Assembly: GCA_964016885.1 (NCBI GenBank)
Contig: OZ024742.1
Span: 129,084,001 to 129,148,000, forward strand
Direction: 5' to 3'
DNA from: Eledone cirrhosa
Lineage: Eukaryota
Length of the DNA stretch: 64,000 nucleotides
The number at the start of each line of letters is the position of its first letter. Positions within the stretch are counted from its first letter, which is position 1. Position numbers and translations under genes: made by a program. The notes beneath the pieces were generated by a model, which saw only the letters and a list, made by a program, of their open reading frames with translations, had not been told where the DNA came from and did no database searches. Shown one piece after another: positions 56,250-64,000 of this stretch.

Positions 56250-56328
<79 letters not shown>

Positions 56329-56345
56329 CATACATATATATATAC

Positions 56346-56378
<33 letters not shown>

Positions 56379-56379
56379 C

Positions 56380-56424
<45 letters not shown>

Positions 56425-56435
56425 TATATACATAC

Positions 56436-56532
<97 letters not shown>

Positions 56533-56537
56533 CATAC

Positions 56538-56570
<33 letters not shown>

Positions 56571-56571
56571 C

Positions 56572-56658
<87 letters not shown>

Positions 56659-56663
56659 CATAC

Positions 56664-56694
<31 letters not shown>

Positions 56695-56772
56695 CATACA
56701 TATATGTATATACATACATATATGTATATATATATATATATATACATATATGTATATGTATATATATATTAC

Positions 56773-56804
<32 letters not shown>

Positions 56805-56887
56805 ATTACACACATATATATATATATATTACATATATAGATATATATATGTATATATTACACATATATATATATATATGTATATAT

Positions 56888-56918
<31 letters not shown>

Positions 56919-56951
56919 TACATATATATATATATATATATATGTATATAT

Positions 56952-57029
<78 letters not shown>

Positions 57030-57254
57030 TACATATATATATATATATATATATTACATATATATATATATATATGTAATATATACATATATATATATAT
57101 ATAATATATATATATATATACATGGATAGTTATATTTAAATTGTTGGGTTAACAACGAGTAAATATTTATAACTGATATATAAGCACTCAACAAGTATTT
57201 GGAGTATATTTATGATAATAAATAAATGGAAACTATATTTATAAAACCATATTT

Positions 57255-57318
57255 ATTTCATTATATATATTTCAGGGATATCATATTAACAATATGTTAT
57301 GCCTTCTTCAGACAAAAT
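57255..57318 (-). ncRNA. Type I hammerhead motif in a TA-embedded fragment (57121-57320)
   Basis: Minus strand: attttgt-CTGAAGA-aggc-ata-acatatt-gtt-aatatg-atat-ccct-GAAA-tatata-TA-atgaaat. Confidence 0.6.
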
Positions 57319-57320
57319 AT

Positions 57321-57353
<33 letters not shown>

Positions 57354-57400
57354 CACGATAAATTAATGGAGGCATATATATATGTAATATATATATGTAA

Positions 57401-57433
<33 letters not shown>

Positions 57434-57434
57434 T

Positions 57435-57679
<245 letters not shown>

Positions 57680-57701
57680 TACATATATATATATATATAT
57701 A

Positions 57702-57732
<31 letters not shown>

Positions 57733-57740
57733 GTATATAT

Positions 57741-57824
<84 letters not shown>

Positions 57825-57853
57825 CATATATATATATATATATATTACATATG

Positions 57854-57930
<77 letters not shown>

Positions 57931-57939
57931 GTATATATT

Positions 57940-58013
<74 letters not shown>

Positions 58014-58076
58014 CATATATATATATTACATATATATATATATATGTATATATTACATATATATATATGTATATAT

Positions 58077-58107
<31 letters not shown>

Positions 58108-58222
58108 TACATATATATATATATATGTATATATTACATATATATATATTACATATATATATATATATATGTATATATTACATATATATATATATATATG
58201 TATATATTACATATATATATAT

Positions 58223-58721
58223 ATCATCATCATCATCATCATCATCAACGTTTAACGTCCGTGTTCCACGCTCGCATGGGTTTGGACGGGGGTAGTCCCA
58301 CTTGAGGCAAGAGTGATTGTCTTGCTCGCATAGGACTGTCTGGCAGGTTTTCTACAGTTGGATGCCCTTCCTAACACCAACCACATTTACAGTGTGGGTC
58401 TGGGAGGTTTTTACCGTGTTGCCTACACGGCCACATTACAGCGTGGACTGTGTGTTTTTTTGTCGTGACACCTACACGATCTCATTTGTTTCGGCCTCGA
58501 TGGCGCGGCACCAACATAACTTTACATAGAACGGGGTGGTGTGGATGGGGTGGGGGTGGGAGTGGTGGGACGGGGTGTATTTTGTTAGAGATGCCTACTG
58601 GCTGGAGTAGGTTTTACTATATATTTAGGTAAGGCGGGTCTTCTCTGTTACTGAGTACCGCCAAAGGTCTCGGTCCAGTGACATTGTCTTGGAGAGGTGT
58701 AAGTGTGTGATGTCGGAGTTT
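58223..58721 (-). mobile_element. RTE LINE 3' end, near-identical to 29950-30449
   Basis: ORFs 58317-58529 and 58450-58632 mirror 30143-30355 and 30040-30222. Confidence 0.92.
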
Positions 58722-58795
58722 ACATATATATATATATATATGTAATATATATATATATATATATGTAATATATATATATGTAATATATATATGTA

Positions 58796-58826
<31 letters not shown>

Positions 58827-58930
58827 ATATATATATGTAATATATATATATATATATGTAATATATATATGTAATATATATATATATATATATATGTAAT
58901 ATATATATGTAACATATATATATATATATG

Positions 58931-59002
<72 letters not shown>

Positions 59003-59192
59003 ATATATATATATATATGTAATATATATATGTAATATATATATATATATATATGTAATATATATATATATATATATATGTAATATATATATATATATAT
59101 ATATATATGTAATATATATATATATATATATGTAATATATATATGTAATATATATATATATATGTAATATATATATATATATGTAATATATG

Positions 59193-59229
<37 letters not shown>

Positions 59230-59239
59230 ATATATACAT

Positions 59240-59483
59240 ATATCACACACTTACACCTCTCCAAGACAATGTCACTGGACCGAGACCTTTGGCGGTACTC
59301 AGTAACAGAGAAGACCCGCCTTACCTAAATATATATAGTAAAACCTACTCCAGCCAGTAGGCATCTCTAACAAAATACACCCCGTCCCACCACCACCACC
59401 CCCACCCCATCCACACCACCCCATTCTATGTAAAGTTATGTTGGTGCCGCGCCATCCAGGCCGAAACAAATGAGATCGTGTAG
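59240..59483 (+). mobile_element. RTE LINE 3'-region fragment, inverted relative to 58223-58721
   Basis: atcacacacttacacctctccaagacaatg...gagatcgtgtagg matches 29961-30201. Confidence 0.9.
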
Positions 59484-59603
59484 GCCGAAAATCAGTGATG
59501 CATCTGGACTCAATTTATTGCGTGTTACAATTGTTTCTGAATATTGAGTGCTAATTTTGGCATACCGCCTATGGAAGCACCATAGCTACCATTATACACA
59601 AGT

Positions 59604-59672
<69 letters not shown>

Positions 59673-59699
59673 CATGTATATATATATATATACATACAT

Positions 59700-59985
59700 A
59701 CATAGAGAAAGTTAATAAATGATAGACACAAAACAAATGAGGCAAATTTACACAGTTATATTAGGTTCACGCTTGGAGGAAGTGGAGGGTGCTGCAACGT
59801 TTCCGACAGAAGTCCTTCTTCAGGGAAGGTCGGACATGGAGAGAAGAGATAGATGTAAGAGTAATGTGAGAAGGTTAGAGACGGAAGCTAAGGTGTATAT
59901 GTGTGTATATATATATGATGGACATGACAATTTAGAACCTCTGTTGTAAGTGTGTATATGGTGGCACACTATCTTGCTTATGGAT
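59700..59985 (-). mobile_element. Penelope-like pLTR relic with a degenerate hammerhead (59793-59826)
   Basis: Minus strand: cc-CTGAAGA-aggac-ttct-gtcg-GAAA-cg-TT-gca; stems partly mismatched. Confidence 0.45.
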
Positions 59986-60884
59986 GTATCATCATTTCAT
60001 CATCATTTCATTTTACGTCCGCTTTTCCCTGCTTGCAAGGGTGGGACGGGAACTGATTCTGGCTTGATTTCTACAGCTGGATGCCCTTCTTAACACCAAC
60101 CTCATTTACAGTGAGTGCTGGGTGCATTTTTGCCGTGGCACCTCCACGACCACTTTGCAGTGGAATGATATGGACCCTAGTCCCTATCATCTCATTTCTA
60201 CAGCTGAGTAAACTGGAGCAATGTGAAATAAAGTGTCTTGCTCAAGGAAACAACACATCACCCGGTCTGAGAATTGAACTCACAACTTTTCGATTGCAAG
60301 GCCAATGCTCTAACCACTAAGCCATGTGCCTCCATGTATATATATTATTTTTTTAAAATATTTTGTTGATCGACTTTCGTCAAATTGGACCGAGGAAACA
60401 ATGTTTCCGTTGGTCTTTCCAATTGCTAGTAATATTATATAAGAGCATTTAAGTTATGTTCCAAATACCAACTTAATGAGGAAGATAATTATTTTAATAT
60501 ATCCCTCCAAATTCTTGATTATTTGAAAATCCTAGGCATTGTCTTTCATGAGAAATATGGTAATGAAAAGGTTAGCAATATAAAATTAAGATAATTGGAT
60601 ACAACTGGGTTTCAAAATCAGTTTGCTAAATTAGCTTACTGGAATACTATACCTTATTTTAAATATTTGGTAAATATTCCTACAATAAAGTAATTTTAAC
60701 CCTTTTGTCACTATATTTCTAATAAAATTCATGCCTATAATTTTAAAATAATTTTGAAAATTATAAAAAATTTGGAAGGATTTATCAGTATAACTAACTT
60801 TCTCTTTATTAAGCTGGTGAGTGTAGTATAACTTAATAAAATGATGGAAAGTTTTTTAAGATATAAACACTTGCACTCAGAACG

Positions 60885-61730
60885 TTTTGTACAGTGGCAA
60901 AAATAGTGTCACAATATAATGTACCCAGTTCATTGTGCAAAGAGGTAGTGCTAGTGTCACAATATAATGTACCCAGTTCATTCTGTAAAGAGGTAGTGCT
61001 AGTGTCAATATAATGTACCCAGTTCATTCTGTAAAGAGGTAGGGATGGTGTCACAATATAATGTACCCAGTTCATTCTGTAAAGAGGTAGTGCTAGTGTC
61101 AATATAATGTACCCAGTTCATTCTGTAAAGAGGTAGGGATGGTGTCACAATATAATGTACCCAGTTCATTCTGTAAAGAGGTAGTGCTAGTGTCAATATA
61201 ATGTACCCAGTTCATTCTGTAAAGAGGTAGGGATGGTGTCACAATATAATGTACCCAGTTCATTCTGTAAAGAGGTAGTGCTAGTGTCAATATAATGTAC
61301 CCAGTTCATTCTGTAAAGAGGTAGTGCTAGTGTCACAATATAATGTACCCAGTTCATTCTGTAAAGAGGTAGGAATGGTGTCACAATATAATGTACCCAG
61401 TTCATTCTGAAAAAGGTAGGGATGGTGCCATGATAAAATGTACCCAGTTCATACTGTAAAGAGGTAGTGCTAGTGTCACAATATAATGTACCCAGTTCAT
61501 TCTGTAAAGAGGTGGGAATGGTGTCACAATATAATGTACCCAGTTCATTCTGAAAAAGGTAGGGATGGTGCCATGATAAAATGTACCCAGTTCATACTGT
61601 AAAGAGGTAGTGCTAGTGTCACAATATAATGTACCCAGTTCATTCTGTAAAGAGGTAGGGATGGTGTCACAATATAATGTACCCAGTTCATTCTGAAAAA
61701 GGTAGGGATGGTGCCATGATAAAATGCCTC
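60885..61730 (+). repeat. Minisatellite of 46-48-bp units derived from an RTE/SINE 3'UTR repeat, nested in a TTAA MITE
   Basis: Unit tgtcacaatataatgtacccagttcattctgtaaagaggtag(tgctag/ggatgg), about 17 copies, followed by an RTE-type tail catgccagcatag...gatgatga (to about 61900). Confidence 0.85.
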
Positions 61731-64000
61731 AAGACAGGCATTAAAGTGGTTACCATTAATAACTGTAAAAACTATGTCAAACATTGAAAGTATGAGTAAG
61801 ATGAGGTATTTTTTGTTCCATCTAGTCTTGGACAATGCCAATCCATCCAACTCATGCCAGCATAGAAGGCAAATGTAAAATAACAATGACGATGATGATT
61901 TAAAATAAAGTTTTATATTGTAAAAACCAGGGACAGCATAGTTTCAGGTTGTCTGGTATCAAAAGGGTTAAATTTACTTTTAGAATGTACTCATGTTGTG
62001 ACCTTGCTGAAGAATCAAACTAAATAAAGGTGTACTCAGCATTTCTAGCCCATAACACATGTAAATATTAAAGTAACAAAACACAAAAAGAAACTATCAA
62101 CTTATAAAATCTATCACTCTTACTGTAGACACTTCAACAATTCAAGTACATTTTAGTGACAAAAGGGTGTGAGAATATTCATTTCAAATTTCTTGCAACC
62201 CTTCACAATTCACAATGGCCATTAACAACTTACCATGTCTCACCTAATTGAGGCTATGTTAGATCAGATAATAAATTATCAATGCATTTCTTATTCTTAA
62301 AATGATTGTTAATTGTAGTTAATTCAGTTACATTGCTGAAATATTAATTTTTCACTGCAGTTCTCTGTCTTAATTCATGCATTCATCTAATTACTGAAAT
62401 ATCGAACCACTTTTGAATTTTCAGATGCTATTTAACTCTTAATAGCTTGTAATGATTTGAGATTCATGACCTTGTGGTATGTTGGACTTACAATCATAAT
62501 GGTGTGGGTTCAGTTCCTGGACTGGATTGTGTGTTTTGCAAAACACTTCATTTCATGTTACTCCAGTATACTAAGCTGAAAATGAGTACCAGCAATTGCT
62601 GGGGCTTTAACCTTGTTCAATGGAGAGTCTTGTACTCTCAGTTGCTTCATGCCACAGTAACCAGGATAAGCTCTGGCCTTATGAGCCTCCAGGTTTGAGA
62701 CAGACTTTAGACTTTTTAGATTTGAAAATGGGTTTGCCAATTCAAATGTTTATAGCACGTTTACTAGTGAGCAGATTCAGTAAACTAGAATAAAGACTCC
62801 AATTTTTAATGTGATACCATTATGGCTGTTTTGTACTTTTCAAGTATGTCTTGCTAATATGGTTTCAGGTAGTACAGGATGTTAAGAGTGAAACTATTTT
62901 TCTTTTAATGCTTTTATAGCAATGTAACAGAGTGCTCTGATTATTTCTACTTGGGCAGTTGATGCAAAGGATTGGCAGGGAGTGGTGAGAGAACAGTTGA
63001 ATATGTTCAATTTGATGCACACTGATAACTTACAAGAGAAGTCAAGCGTGAGTTAAGGTAGCGACAGAGAATCAAACACCATTGGCCAATATACACAGGA
63101 AAAACAGCTTGTCAGTTAGACATATGGAAAATGCATGCTGGAAGAAAGTAATTCTGTGAGATAGCAGAGACAGCTATATATAAAGACAGGTAAATAAATG
63201 ATAATTTAAAGAAGAATTTAAAAAAAAGTACTGCCAACACTTGAAATTGAGTAGTGTGTAACATGCTTTCACTGTGGGTTTTAGGTGCATGTGTAGTCAC
63301 AAGCAGACAGAGAAACTGTTTCGACCCTCTTTCCTTTGATCCAGAGGAGCAGCCAGGATGTGGGTACTGGAAAGAAATTGGGCTGCACCAGCAATGGGCA
63401 GATACTTTCTTTATCAGGATGAAAGACAAAGTTGACCTCAGTATGATGTGAACTTGAAATGCAAAAGCCCTGAACAAATATGCAATGCTCTAATGACTCT
63501 GCTAAATTAAGCGTCTTTTGGAAGAAGTACTTAGATAAGGCCTCAGATAGAGACTAAGAAAATAAATGAAGAATCAAGACATGCAAAGATGAATTATAGA
63601 AACAGATATTAACACAACAGTGATCTTTTATAAACACACACAAGAACATGCACAAGCGCACATACACACAACTAGCAGCAGTCTTATGGTCTTCCCCTGA
63701 GCAAGAAATAAATCTTGCTCCAGTTTGCTTGACTAGACAAATTTATTATATATAATAATCATAATCACCATCAGCATTTGTATGCCTATTTTTCCATAGT
63801 GGCATATGGTGGACTGGACTTTATATGGCAGTATTTCAAGGCTGGATGCCTCTACTGATGCCAACCATTTTAGTAATCTCTTACGACAAACAGGGATCTC
63901 TCTCGCTCTCATATATATCATATAGCATCAGCAAAACACACACATGTATACATGTATGATGTATTTATGTATATATATATGACAGCTGCAATACAGTTAC

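Noticed and set aside
60885-61730. CRISPR-like regular repeat array
   Set aside because: No unique spacers and no cas genes; the context is eukaryotic and the unit derives from a LINE 3'UTR.

Overview
AT-rich, microsatellite-laden animal genomic DNA. The SINE/RTE repertoire suggests a cephalopod, probably Octopus (inference). Only one host coding exon is recognisable: the first coding exon of an Mtl/MIG-2-type Rac/RhoG GTPase (minus strand, 1387-1502), so much of the window may be its 5'-UTR intron or upstream region. The rest is mobile DNA: a near-full-length RTE LINE (frameshifted, with a PHD-like finger) and truncated sister copies; a CR1/L2-group LINE with an uninterrupted 1006-aa ORF2 and an unusual Myb-like/polyQ/2xCCCH ORF1; tRNA-derived SINEs; hAT, Tigger and TTAA-flanked MITEs; a Helitron; and mariner and CRE relics. 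The most interesting signal is non-coding. A 460-bp, highly self-complementary unit carrying a minimal type I hammerhead ribozyme lies in tandem and fold-back arrangement inside a (TA)n array (27553-28822) and looks like a retrozyme or Penelope-dependent circular-RNA element. At least seven other, sequence-unrelated hammerhead motifs (intact, mutated or truncated) occur in short (TA)n-embedded fragments, several with inverted-repeat flanks. The young retroelements all sit in (TA)n arrays, which are often greatly expanded. All structures and alignments were read by eye; no folding program or database search was run.
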